The translations under genes were made by a program, and so were the position numbers. From a virus (lineage: Duplodnaviria; Caudoviricetes), in the IMG/VR virus record IMGVR_UViG_3300032050_008696, positions 1 to 58,865 of that record: a stretch of 58,865 nt of DNA; one strand, given 5' to 3'. The notes beneath the pieces were generated by a model. It searched no databases. It was not told the DNA's origin and was given only the letters and a program-made list of their open reading frames with translations. Shown here piece by piece: positions 24,635 to 33,666 of the stretch (positions within the stretch are counted from its first letter, which is position 1; each line of letters opens with the position of its first letter).

Positions 24635-25399
24635 TTAACATTTAATCCATTCTTCAGGTAAAATATCTTTAAAGTTTAAATTTGAAGAGGGATTAAACCA
24701 CTTTTTAGGCCCTATTACAGTTTTATTTTTGTTTTTATTTAAATAAGATGCCCACCAACTAAAAGAACTATTAGCAATTATATTATTGTCACACTTACTC
24801 ATCGATATAAAATCGAACAATTCATCATGAGATTCAGAAAAATATATATTTCTACCGTCAAAATTTTGTTTTGCCCAATCAATATCATCTGAAAAAATTA
24901 AAAAACTGGTACTTTTTTCTAAAACACTCATTGCAGATAGATAATATTCTTTGTCAAGAATTACAAATATATCTGTAAGCGGTAAATAATCGCCTCTTCT
25001 AATATGAATGGATGTTATTGGTCTTGGTAGTTTATTAATAAACTCATCTATTTCACTTGATCTATAAGTTAAATCAAATAAATTTACAACTTTTTCTTTA
25101 TAATCACCAAAATATTTTTCACTTTGAAAATATCCATCTAACATCACATCTCCACAATAAGGTATTTTTTTATACTCAAAACTCGGCTCATTATAAATGT
25201 TATTTGGCAAATTATCGATAGTAGGTATATTTTTATATATACTATTTTTATACTTCGACGATTTAAATCCTTGCAAAGGAGTATAACAGTTATCAAAGTT
25301 AAATCCAAATGTATCATTATTATCAAATGCTAATCCACACGCAGCTGCTATTTGAAATAACTGATTACCCATTCCGCCTTTAAGATTAGAAGTTATCAT
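24635..25399 (-). CDS. alpha-1,2-fucosyltransferase-like (GT11)
   Basis: GGMGNQLFQ, GYFQSEKYF, HIRRGDY, FSDD, NSSFSWW. Confidence 0.92.
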   Translation of the reverse strand: MITSNLKGGMGNQLFQIAAACGLAFDNNDTFGFNFDNCYTPLQGFKSSKYKNSIYKNIPTIDNLPNNIYNEPSFEYKKIPYCGDVMLDGYFQSEKYFGDYKEKVVNLFDLTYRSSEIDEFINKLPRPITSIHIRRGDYLPLTDIFVILDKEYYLSAMSVLEKSTSFLIFSDDIDWAKQNFDGRNIYFSESHDELFDFISMSKCDNNIIANSSFSWWASYLNKNKNKTVIGPKKWFNPSSNLNFKDILPEEWIKC

Positions 25400-26133
25400 A
25401 TACTAAATATATACTTGTTGTATTGTTCGTAATTTGTTTGAGGACGTTCGTCTTCGATATGATACTTGTTTAAATTTAACTCTTCAAACGAACGAGAATT
25501 CCATACATAAAACTCTTTTTCACATTTATTCACTAGATTATTTAAGTAATACAATCTATTTTCCATGCTAATTTCTGACAAACAATAATTTGAAATTACT
25601 AAATCAAATGTTTCATTTATATTTGTTGTATCAAAACAAGATATTAATTTAGAATCAACTTGTACATCATTTAAAAATTTACTTTGCAAATTTATAATAT
25701 TTGGCAAATCAACTATTGTATAGTTTATATGATAGTCTTTTATTATGTTTTTTATGTAATAACATAAGCCACCATATCCACCTCCTATTTCAACTATTTT
25801 GATTTCTTTTTTATTAAACCACCGTTTTATTTTTGATTCTATTAATAACGAGTGATAAATATATCTCAAATTAGAAGGGGATATACATAAATTATCCATT
25901 GTAAATTTACTCGGATTGCCAATACTATCATTGATTTTTATTAAATCAGCAAATTCTTCAATACATCTTTTAAATTCAGTTTCAATAAGTTGTTTATATT
26001 CTAAGCCAAATTGTACGGATACGTGTTCAAGTATATCTTTAAAGAAAAGTTCTCCCTTAAAACTTGAATATATATCGTTTATATTTTTTAGATTCTCACT
26101 AAAACCTAAATATGTATTGTCTATTTTTATCAT
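25396..26133 (-). CDS. Putative sugar O-methyltransferase
   Basis: LRY, EIGGGYGG, VDLP, DLVISNYCLSE. Confidence 0.8.
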   Translation of the reverse strand: MIKIDNTYLGFSENLKNINDIYSSFKGELFFKDILEHVSVQFGLEYKQLIETEFKRCIEEFADLIKINDSIGNPSKFTMDNLCISPSNLRYIYHSLLIESKIKRWFNKKEIKIVEIGGGYGGLCYYIKNIIKDYHINYTIVDLPNIINLQSKFLNDVQVDSKLISCFDTTNINETFDLVISNYCLSEISMENRLYYLNNLVNKCEKEFYVWNSRSFEELNLNKYHIEDERPQTNYEQYNKYIFSI

Positions 26134-26744
26134 TTATTTTTGGTTCTATAAAATTCCTCCAAGGGATATAGAGTCATACCTTCCGTACAAATATCATTTT
26201 GATAAACCAGTGGTTTAGCGACTCCGTAAACATTATATTTGTATTGTTCCTGACATGTATAAAAGTCTATACCAACGCCGCCAACATCACACAGTACAGG
26301 ATACTTTTCACCAATTGAAATTAAAGACTTTAAATATCGTTCGGTTAAAAACAACGTTGCATGAAAACTGGTCATACCAAACACTCTATAGTAATCATCG
26401 TTATATTTAGTAAGATCAAAATTATTCCAATCGGTTTTATTATCGGTAACTCCCCATCCTGATGTACCTATATGCACAGCATCGGCATCAGCTGGTACAT
26501 CAAGATCGGTTTTAAAAAAATCGGTAGGACAACAATCATCTTCTAAAATTAGAACGGGTGGTTTAACTTGGTTCCACAACTTAATTAAAGAAATATCACA
26601 TCCGATTGGTCTAGGTAAAGTTACTCCATAATGTTTTTCTAAGTTTAATTTGTTTCCTAAAAGGCTTTCAAGACGATTGTATCTATCTTCATTTGACGGA
26701 ATCGTTAACACTAACGTTTTAGTTTCTTTTAAATTAATTTTCAT
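26130..26744 (-). CDS. Glycosyltransferase (GT25-like)
   Basis: GC..S, LILEDD, HA, YQ. Confidence 0.65.
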   Translation of the reverse strand: MKINLKETKTLVLTIPSNEDRYNRLESLLGNKLNLEKHYGVTLPRPIGCDISLIKLWNQVKPPVLILEDDCCPTDFFKTDLDVPADADAVHIGTSGWGVTDNKTDWNNFDLTKYNDDYYRVFGMTSFHATLFLTERYLKSLISIGEKYPVLCDVGGVGIDFYTCQEQYKYNVYGVAKPLVYQNDICTEGMTLYPLEEFYRTKNK

Positions 26745-27498
26745 TATATGGTATGGTACCGGTTACAGGTTGATGAACAATAACATGTTTTAACGATCCA
26801 TATAATTTAAAACCAAGTTTTTTAGCTTTAAAAGAAAAATGTGTACCTTCTTGGAAATAATATTTATTACCATCGTCAGTTGTAACAATTCCACTATTAT
26901 ATCTTAATTTAGTATCAAAAACTCTTCTTGATATTAAAGAGGCACATTCAACCAAATTCATCGGATAAAAAACATCATCAAATCGTTTTGCAACTTGGTC
27001 AATCGGTACACCAACTCCATCAATAACAGCATGAGTCATGCCATCATAATTTATACCATTAACTTCTACACGGGGCATAATAATATCTTTATCAAAATTA
27101 ACAGCTTCAATCAAAAATCCAGGAGGAATATATTGATAATCAGCATCTACCCACCACAGAAAATCATTATCTAACAAATAGTTATCAACTATGTAATTAC
27201 GGACAATTTTTAAACAATTCATTCTGCCTTCTGTATGTCTAAAGTCATGTCTTGATTCATGTGGCAACTTAAAACCAACATCTTTTTTTTCATATTTTAC
27301 TGACCTATAATTATATTTTGATAATATCTTATTAACACAGTATTCTACTACTGTATAAGAATAGTCATCACTATCATTTTCAATAAAAACTATGGATAAA
27401 TTTTGTTTATCATAATTTATATTAATTAATTCATGTACTGTATTTTCTAACCATGCACCACAATTTTTTACGGGTATTCCAATCAATACATTTTTCAT
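26734..27498 (-). CDS. GT-A glycosyltransferase (GT2/Anp1-like)
   Basis: IPVKN, ENDSDD, RN, WVDAD. Confidence 0.75.
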   Translation of the reverse strand: MKNVLIGIPVKNCGAWLENTVHELININYDKQNLSIVFIENDSDDYSYTVVEYCVNKILSKYNYRSVKYEKKDVGFKLPHESRHDFRHTEGRMNCLKIVRNYIVDNYLLDNDFLWWVDADYQYIPPGFLIEAVNFDKDIIMPRVEVNGINYDGMTHAVIDGVGVPIDQVAKRFDDVFYPMNLVECASLISRRVFDTKLRYNSGIVTTDDGNKYYFQEGTHFSFKAKKLGFKLYGSLKHVIVHQPVTGTIPYNEN

Positions 27499-28547
27499 AA
27501 TTCTATACCTAATTTTTCAAACTGATCAACAACGATCTTCCAAACATATGCTTTATATGTATTTTTTGGTGTTACCTCAAAATAACTTTTATACACATCA
27601 TAAGCAACATTCGCGTAGGTTTTTGTCTTTTCTTTGTTAATCAAAGATTCTTCACAGATATCAACAAAATTACTTAAATCATCTTTAACTATATAAGAAA
27701 TATCTTTAAATTTATCACTAAATAACCAAACATACGGATCCTTTTCTAAATCAAAATTAGCCAACATAGTAGATTTAAATGCCATACTCTGTGGATGTCT
27801 ATAAGTATATCGTGTATGGCCAGCTATACATAAGCTCAGTGTATTATATCTTAACTTTTCTAACCAATGATTTTCAGATAAATACTTGTCTTTTCGTACA
27901 AACTTAAAAGTCTTATTATATTCTTCATCTTGATATGGAACGTCTATAATGTGATCATTAACCAACCATCCATCAAAATGTTCTCTCAAAAATGAATTAT
28001 CCCATATTCTTTTTAAGCACTCAACTCTCCAATTTTTTCCATCAAACCAATAATTTCCAGTAGTATTTCCTATGAAAACAATTTTGTTTTGTTTGTTTTC
28101 ATAAACAACATTATCACTTTTAACATATGGAATAGTATATCTAGGAATTAATACAAACTTATCCTTTAATACTTCGACATGCTTAGGTTCCAAATTAAGG
28201 AATTCCATATTAATCATATACACCACCCAAGCGTCTACTCTATTTACTATTTCCCAATCTAATAAATTATGATAGATAGCTTGACCATCATCTAAACTAT
28301 AAAATACTATTTTGCCTTTAAACTTCAATAAATCGGTTTTGAATGAATTGATTCTTTTACACATTCCACCATGTGGATCGCTTAGAGAGTGTACAAAGTA
28401 GTCAATCAAAACTAAATCAAAATTTTCTTCGTTGAGTAAACTTATGTTTGATATGGGCAATACAGTGTGTTTTTCTTTTATAGTGTTAATGAAATGTTGA
28501 AACCTATATAACATAGTCTCATTATTTTGTAACCAAGCAATTTTCAT
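27495..28547 (-). CDS. Putative glycosyltransferase (GT-B, GT90-like)
   Basis: KQNKIVFIGNTTG, LCIAG...R, and cluster context. Confidence 0.55.
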   Translation of the reverse strand: MKIAWLQNNETMLYRFQHFINTIKEKHTVLPISNISLLNEENFDLVLIDYFVHSLSDPHGGMCKRINSFKTDLLKFKGKIVFYSLDDGQAIYHNLLDWEIVNRVDAWVVYMINMEFLNLEPKHVEVLKDKFVLIPRYTIPYVKSDNVVYENKQNKIVFIGNTTGNYWFDGKNWRVECLKRIWDNSFLREHFDGWLVNDHIIDVPYQDEEYNKTFKFVRKDKYLSENHWLEKLRYNTLSLCIAGHTRYTYRHPQSMAFKSTMLANFDLEKDPYVWLFSDKFKDISYIVKDDLSNFVDICEESLINKEKTKTYANVAYDVYKSYFEVTPKNTYKAYVWKIVVDQFEKLGIEL

Positions 28548-29614
28548 ATCATATTTTTCATTAGTTCGTATGTATGATTTAAATCAGGATGGGCCCAGTC
28601 TTGTTCATCGTTGATATTATCAACTTTACCTAATTTATAATCAACTAATCCGATGTGTTGTGATGTAAGATAATCCATGTGGCCACCATAACCTGTAGTT
28701 ATTACTGGTTTACCATGATTAAAAGCGTCAAATATAGTTAAACCAAATCCCTCGCCTTTAGTTAGACTAACATAACAGTCTCCAAAACTATGTAATGATA
28801 ATATGTCTCTATTAGATATATTATCTGTTATAACATAAATTGAAGTACCTAACTTATTTGTTAGTTTAGAAATTGTATCGATACAATAAAATTTATTTTT
28901 AACACTATAATCTTTATAATGAACTTTAAGTATTAATTGCGTATCCGGATAATCATCATTAAATCTATCAAATAGTTTAACCAAATCTTCGATACCTTTT
29001 TTAAAATGAAATTCTCCTATACTATAAAATGTATATTTATTTTTTGGCACTACATTTCTAAAATGATCGTATATCGTTATTTCATTTTTATTAATCAATT
29101 GTTGAGGATGCCATACGTGTGGTATCACTTTAATGTTTGAAATAATTCCAGAATTAATAAAACATTCTTTATTAAATGTAGAAGGTACCCATACTTCTGG
29201 TAACAAATTAATATATTCTACCCACTCTTTTGGTAATTTATTAGTTTCCCACGTACAATATCCAATTACATTATCTACATTCTTTCCGTGATTGTTTAAT
29301 AAATTCCGCCAAATATCAGGAGTGCTATGAATAATTAATGTATCATAACTATTATAAGTTACATCCACGGTAGTTTCCGCCAAAGCATCTACATAATAAT
29401 TCTTATCATTCTTGCTATTATCAAATAATAAAGGAATCCAACTTACATTTTTTTTGTCTAAAACATACTGGGCCAAATAGCCCTTAGCGGCACTAGCATA
29501 ACCGCTAGTGCCGCTTTGTCCGACATATTTAATATGTCCTTTATTATTTAATTCAACAGTTGGTAAAACAACTGGATTGTTACTAACTATTCTAGATATA
29601 CTCTTCTGTATCAT
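28544..29614 (-). CDS. Glycosyltransferase GT4
   Basis: SGY, WET..LP, VWVPS.FN, KGEGFGL...A...GKPVI.T. Confidence 0.88.
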   Translation of the reverse strand: MIQKSISRIVSNNPVVLPTVELNNKGHIKYVGQSGTSGYASAAKGYLAQYVLDKKNVSWIPLLFDNSKNDKNYYVDALAETTVDVTYNSYDTLIIHSTPDIWRNLLNNHGKNVDNVIGYCTWETNKLPKEWVEYINLLPEVWVPSTFNKECFINSGIISNIKVIPHVWHPQQLINKNEITIYDHFRNVVPKNKYTFYSIGEFHFKKGIEDLVKLFDRFNDDYPDTQLILKVHYKDYSVKNKFYCIDTISKLTNKLGTSIYVITDNISNRDILSLHSFGDCYVSLTKGEGFGLTIFDAFNHGKPVITTGYGGHMDYLTSQHIGLVDYKLGKVDNINDEQDWAHPDLNHTYELMKNMI

Positions 29615-30567
29615 TTATTGATCGTTTTAATCAATTTAGCAATACAAGCCATAAACGTGATTTCCTTGTCTACAACCATATTACTCTGATACATATATTC
29701 AGCAACTTCAATAATTACAGCGATTTCTTTATCAGGAGCAAACTCTCCACATTTATTGTACAATTCACTATACAATTCTTCAAATGACTTTGTACCGGCA
29801 TCTGCAATCAATTGACGAATTTCGTTAAATGCCTTGCCATTTGTCTTGGAAGTCTTCAACAAGTCGATCAATTTATTCTTAAGATCGAAACTCGCACTCT
29901 GTGTCTTAACCAACTTCAAAGTTCCATTTGTAGAACTTTGCTGAAGGAAATTAACAATCTTACGAATATCTGGATAAAAACTATCTAGAACCGTCTTCAA
30001 ATCGGACAATTCATATTTAATAGATTCACTATCCAAGATATTCTTAGCATAAATAGCTACATCCTTCTTGGCTGGGGGTTCAATCTGAAATACCTGACAT
30101 CGACTAATAAGTGGAGAAATAATCTTTTCCACATAGTTACAAGTAAGAATAAACCGTGTAGTCTTACTGTATGTTTCCATCAGATTGCGAAGTGATGCTT
30201 GTGAAGCAGCCGACATATAATCAGATTCATCCAAGATAACAATCTTGAGATCACAAAATCCCATCGCTGATGCAAATGGTCGAATCTTATCACGAACGAA
30301 GTCTACACCAGTATTATCCGATGCGTTTACGTACATTACGTCACATTGAATGTTTTTTGTTAGAATCTTGGCAAGAGTAGTCTTACCAGTACCAGCATTT
30401 CCGTGTAACAACAAATGTGGAATATCCTTCTTAGAAATGAAATCCTTTAAGATACCTCTCAACTGATCATTACAAATATAATTCTCAACAGTATTGGGAC
30501 GATACTTCTCAGCCCAAAGACTGTGTTGTTCTGTATTTACTGACTTTTCTTCAACAAAGAAACTCAT
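29611..30567 (-). CDS. Clamp loader ATPase subunit (T4 gp44/RFC-like)
   Basis: WAEKYRP, GNAGTGKTT, NASD, ILDESD, SRC. Confidence 0.95.
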   Translation of the reverse strand: MSFFVEEKSVNTEQHSLWAEKYRPNTVENYICNDQLRGILKDFISKKDIPHLLLHGNAGTGKTTLAKILTKNIQCDVMYVNASDNTGVDFVRDKIRPFASAMGFCDLKIVILDESDYMSAASQASLRNLMETYSKTTRFILTCNYVEKIISPLISRCQVFQIEPPAKKDVAIYAKNILDSESIKYELSDLKTVLDSFYPDIRKIVNFLQQSSTNGTLKLVKTQSASFDLKNKLIDLLKTSKTNGKAFNEIRQLIADAGTKSFEELYSELYNKCGEFAPDKEIAVIIEVAEYMYQSNMVVDKEITFMACIAKLIKTINK

Positions 30568-30569
30568 AA

Positions 30570-31307
30570 TTAGTCTACGCTTTTGATTTCGATTAGGTAA
30601 TAATTGCTATTGAACAGTTCATTATTGAACTCTACATGCATTATACCATGGTCGCTGATCTTAAGTACAGCATTTTCACAATCACTATTACTAGTAAGAA
30701 TCTCCTTTAGATACTTTGCACTAAAGTGAATAGTCTTACTCAACTCATTCTTACCCTCAGATGGTTTGACATCAATATTAATTCGATTACTATTAACATT
30801 GCTATAACCAATTGTAAGTTTGATCTTATCTTTCTTATCTTTTGAGAAGGTCAGAGTATCAACATCACTCAAAGCACTCTTAGCTTTTACAAATGTAGTT
30901 ACAAACTCCTTGGTCAACGGAATTTCTAGATTAAATGGAGGCAACTTCTTTAGATCAGGTACCTTTGGAATTACATTTAAATCTGCCGTAACATACTGAA
31001 CCTCGGTTGTTTCACTATTTAGTGAAAGTGAAACGATCTTATCGTCACGTTTATTAAACGAAATATTAACGTCTTCTGATAGAACATTCAATAGTTTCTT
31101 TAGTTTAGTTGTATCGTTGATACCAAACTCCGAATCTGTTAGACCCGCATCATCTTTAATGACTACATAACTCAAAGCATTCTTATCATCACTGATAGAA
31201 GATGTTTTGATTTGCTTGTTTTTGTTATCAACGATCCACTTTACACTTTCAATGGATCCGTTGAGTGAATATTTATCGATAAATGTATTTATTACTTGTT
31301 TCTTCAT
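30570..31307 (-). CDS. DNA sliding clamp (gp45/PCNA-like)
   Basis: Size, beta-rich two-domain pattern and position next to the clamp loader. Promoter TTGACA-17-TAGAAT at 31316-31344. Confidence 0.78.
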   Translation of the reverse strand: MKKQVINTFIDKYSLNGSIESVKWIVDNKNKQIKTSSISDDKNALSYVVIKDDAGLTDSEFGINDTTKLKKLLNVLSEDVNISFNKRDDKIVSLSLNSETTEVQYVTADLNVIPKVPDLKKLPPFNLEIPLTKEFVTTFVKAKSALSDVDTLTFSKDKKDKIKLTIGYSNVNSNRINIDVKPSEGKNELSKTIHFSAKYLKEILTSNSDCENAVLKISDHGIMHVEFNNELFNSNYYLIEIKSVD

Positions 31308-31340
31308 ACTCTATTATTCTAACTCCTATTGTTTGTTTTG

Positions 31341-31748
31341 TCAATTATTGAATTCGAAAAATTCACTTAAATTTTCATTCACTTTTACGTCTGTACTAAG
31401 ACATCGAATGCCGTCTTCTTTGTATAAATCATTTGGAGAAATATAAAAATGATTTATAAGATAATCTGCATATGCCACATTTCTCATTTGATAATATACT
31501 TTTATATCTTTATCAATTGTCCTAAATTCTATGTAGTAAACTTTTGGATCGTTTAGTCTATATAATTGGTTTTTTGGAATGTATAATTCTTTTTCAAAAA
31601 TATCATTTTTACTGAATTCAACATATGGACCCCGTTGACCAATTACTACTCTACGATATGCGTACGCAATAGCAGTTGGATAATTTGTAAATAACGGCAT
31701 TTTTGCACCGTCAATTGGTATAGTTAATAACTCGTTATATTTTTTCAT
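31341..31748 (-). CDS. Hypothetical phage protein
   Basis: ORF (RVVIGQRGPYVEF). Start moved to MKKYN. Confidence 0.65.
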   Translation of the reverse strand: MKKYNELLTIPIDGAKMPLFTNYPTAIAYAYRRVVIGQRGPYVEFSKNDIFEKELYIPKNQLYRLNDPKVYYIEFRTIDKDIKVYYQMRNVAYADYLINHFYISPNDLYKEDGIRCLSTDVKVNENLSEFFEFNN

Positions 31749-32172
31749 ATCTGGATATAAAATCACTGCAAATGCCACTGCAGTGGTTTAAATTACCATT
31801 ATAACCCAATTCTGGCAAAACACAAATGCTATTTTGATATAAAAACTTTTTCGGATATGTCCAAATATAAAGTTTACTTGTTAAAATCCAATCTTCGGTA
31901 GTATGCCAAAAAACGTTTGTATTAGTATTTTGTAATAACAAATTAAACGCATCTCCGTTTTTAGCATGTAACCAAAATTTTTGATTTAATAAAAACTCAT
32001 ACTTTACTTGATATGTAGGATTATCGTGCCCTAAATACCAACTGTTATCAACGTACCACACATCAATTTCTACATCATATCCCATATTAACTGTTTTTAA
32101 AACATAATCAGGATGATTTTCCATTGTATCATGTACTCCATTTACATTACCTCTATGCGAAATGTAGTACAT
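31735..32172 (-). CDS. Minimal GDPD/PLC-like phosphodiesterase
   Basis: ISHRGN..EN...DVEIDVW..LGHD...WLHAKN...GICSD. Confidence 0.8.
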   Translation of the reverse strand: MYYISHRGNVNGVHDTMENHPDYVLKTVNMGYDVEIDVWYVDNSWYLGHDNPTYQVKYEFLLNQKFWLHAKNGDAFNLLLQNTNTNVFWHTTEDWILTSKLYIWTYPKKFLYQNSICVLPELGYNGNLNHCSGICSDFISRYEKI

Positions 32173-32173
32173 A

Positions 32174-32956
32174 TTACATATTATAAATTGTCATTTCCCA
32201 GATACCATTGGGTCTTCTTAATCTACCAAAAATTGAACTCTTTTTAAACGGCAAAGAAATTTCTTTCAAATATTCCTTGAACCATACATGTGTAATCCAT
32301 GTATTATGTTTTAAACTTAAATCGTAATATGAATAGTACAGATTACTTATTTTCTCAAAAGACTCGTCATTTGCATAAAAATATTCTTCACCAATCCATC
32401 CGTCTGTATACGTATACATCATATGTTCTAAATTATATTCAGCGCGTGAATCTTTTCCAAAATAAGCATTTTCATTTTTACATTCTACTAAATGTGATTC
32501 GGATAGTTTTTGACAGAATTCAAAATCAAATCTAGTTTTTAATATAAAATCATACTTAATATTGTTCTTTTTAGAATATGATTTTATTATATTATATCCA
32601 CGGTTAATTTTGTATATTGCGTATAAAGAATGTATGCCACCGCCTTTTGTAAAATTAAATTTGCTATAATCGTTGTACAAAGGATCTTCATTTACATATG
32701 TGTTTAGAAAATTATTATAATTTTCATAATTTAACATAAGGGAATCTGTATATTCATTTTGAGATTCTAAATCAAAAACTTTAAAGTCTAAGGCATTTTC
32801 AGCTTCTTTTAAGTTGATATCCTTAGTATACCAAGCACTACAAAAAATATCAACTGTATGTACAGATAAATCTAAATCTGATAAAAACCAATCTATATTC
32901 TCTTTTATATTATGGTTCAACCTAATACTATTAGTTAATAATATTGCGATGTTCAT
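32174..32956 (-). CDS. Hypothetical glycan-related protein
   Basis: YDFILKTRFD motif, commonly seen in sugar-cluster proteins. Confidence 0.55.
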   Translation of the reverse strand: MNIAILLTNSIRLNHNIKENIDWFLSDLDLSVHTVDIFCSAWYTKDINLKEAENALDFKVFDLESQNEYTDSLMLNYENYNNFLNTYVNEDPLYNDYSKFNFTKGGGIHSLYAIYKINRGYNIIKSYSKKNNIKYDFILKTRFDFEFCQKLSESHLVECKNENAYFGKDSRAEYNLEHMMYTYTDGWIGEEYFYANDESFEKISNLYYSYYDLSLKHNTWITHVWFKEYLKEISLPFKKSSIFGRLRRPNGIWEMTIYNM

Positions 32957-33659
32957 TTATTTTCAAAAAATTATTTAGATCCTCAGGAGTTCCCAATCCC
33001 CACATTTTTTCTATATTGAATATACGAATTTTTTTACCATCTTCAATTGCTTGATTAAATACAGGACATACATAAAATTCATTTTTAACTCGTATATTTT
33101 TACGAATCATTTGTTCAGCATATTTAACATAGTCACTGCCACATTTCCAAAAATATATACCGGCAGTAGCAATATCACTTATAACTCGTTTTTCAGCAAC
33201 TTCAGTTACATATCCCTCATTATTTACTTTTACAAAACTCCATTTTGGATCTGTGTCATTAAATACAGTTATATTACCATCTATATCATTATTTAGACAT
33301 TCTGATAAAAACATATTAGAATCCCATTCAAAATAATGATCGCTATTTGAAACAAACAATGGTTCGTTAGTATCGATGTACTGTTTTGCTAATAACGTAG
33401 TACACGCCGCTCCTTCTGTAATTCCGTCAACTTCGACAATCTTACATTTTTTAGATATAGATTTTAATAAATTATCCAAATCATATAATTGTCTATGAGT
33501 TTTTTGTACAACAAAAATATATGTAGCATCAATATTAAAATTTTCTACCACACGTTGAATCATGGGTTTTCCCATTACATCAATTAATGGTTTTGGAAGG
33601 TTATAACCTTGTTCTTTAAAACGACTACCGGCACCTGCCATTGGAATCAATATATTCAT
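32931..33659 (-). CDS. Sugar nucleotidyltransferase-like protein
   Basis: IPMAGAGSRF, PKPLI, EK, NEFYV.P..N, GLGTPEDL. Confidence 0.88.
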   Translation of the reverse strand: MNILIPMAGAGSRFKEQGYNLPKPLIDVMGKPMIQRVVENFNIDATYIFVVQKTHRQLYDLDNLLKSISKKCKIVEVDGITEGAACTTLLAKQYIDTNEPLFVSNSDHYFEWDSNMFLSECLNNDIDGNITVFNDTDPKWSFVKVNNEGYVTEVAEKRVISDIATAGIYFWKCGSDYVKYAEQMIRKNIRVKNEFYVCPVFNQAIEDGKKIRIFNIEKMWGLGTPEDLNNFLKINEHRNIIN

Positions 33660-33666
33660 ATTACAA

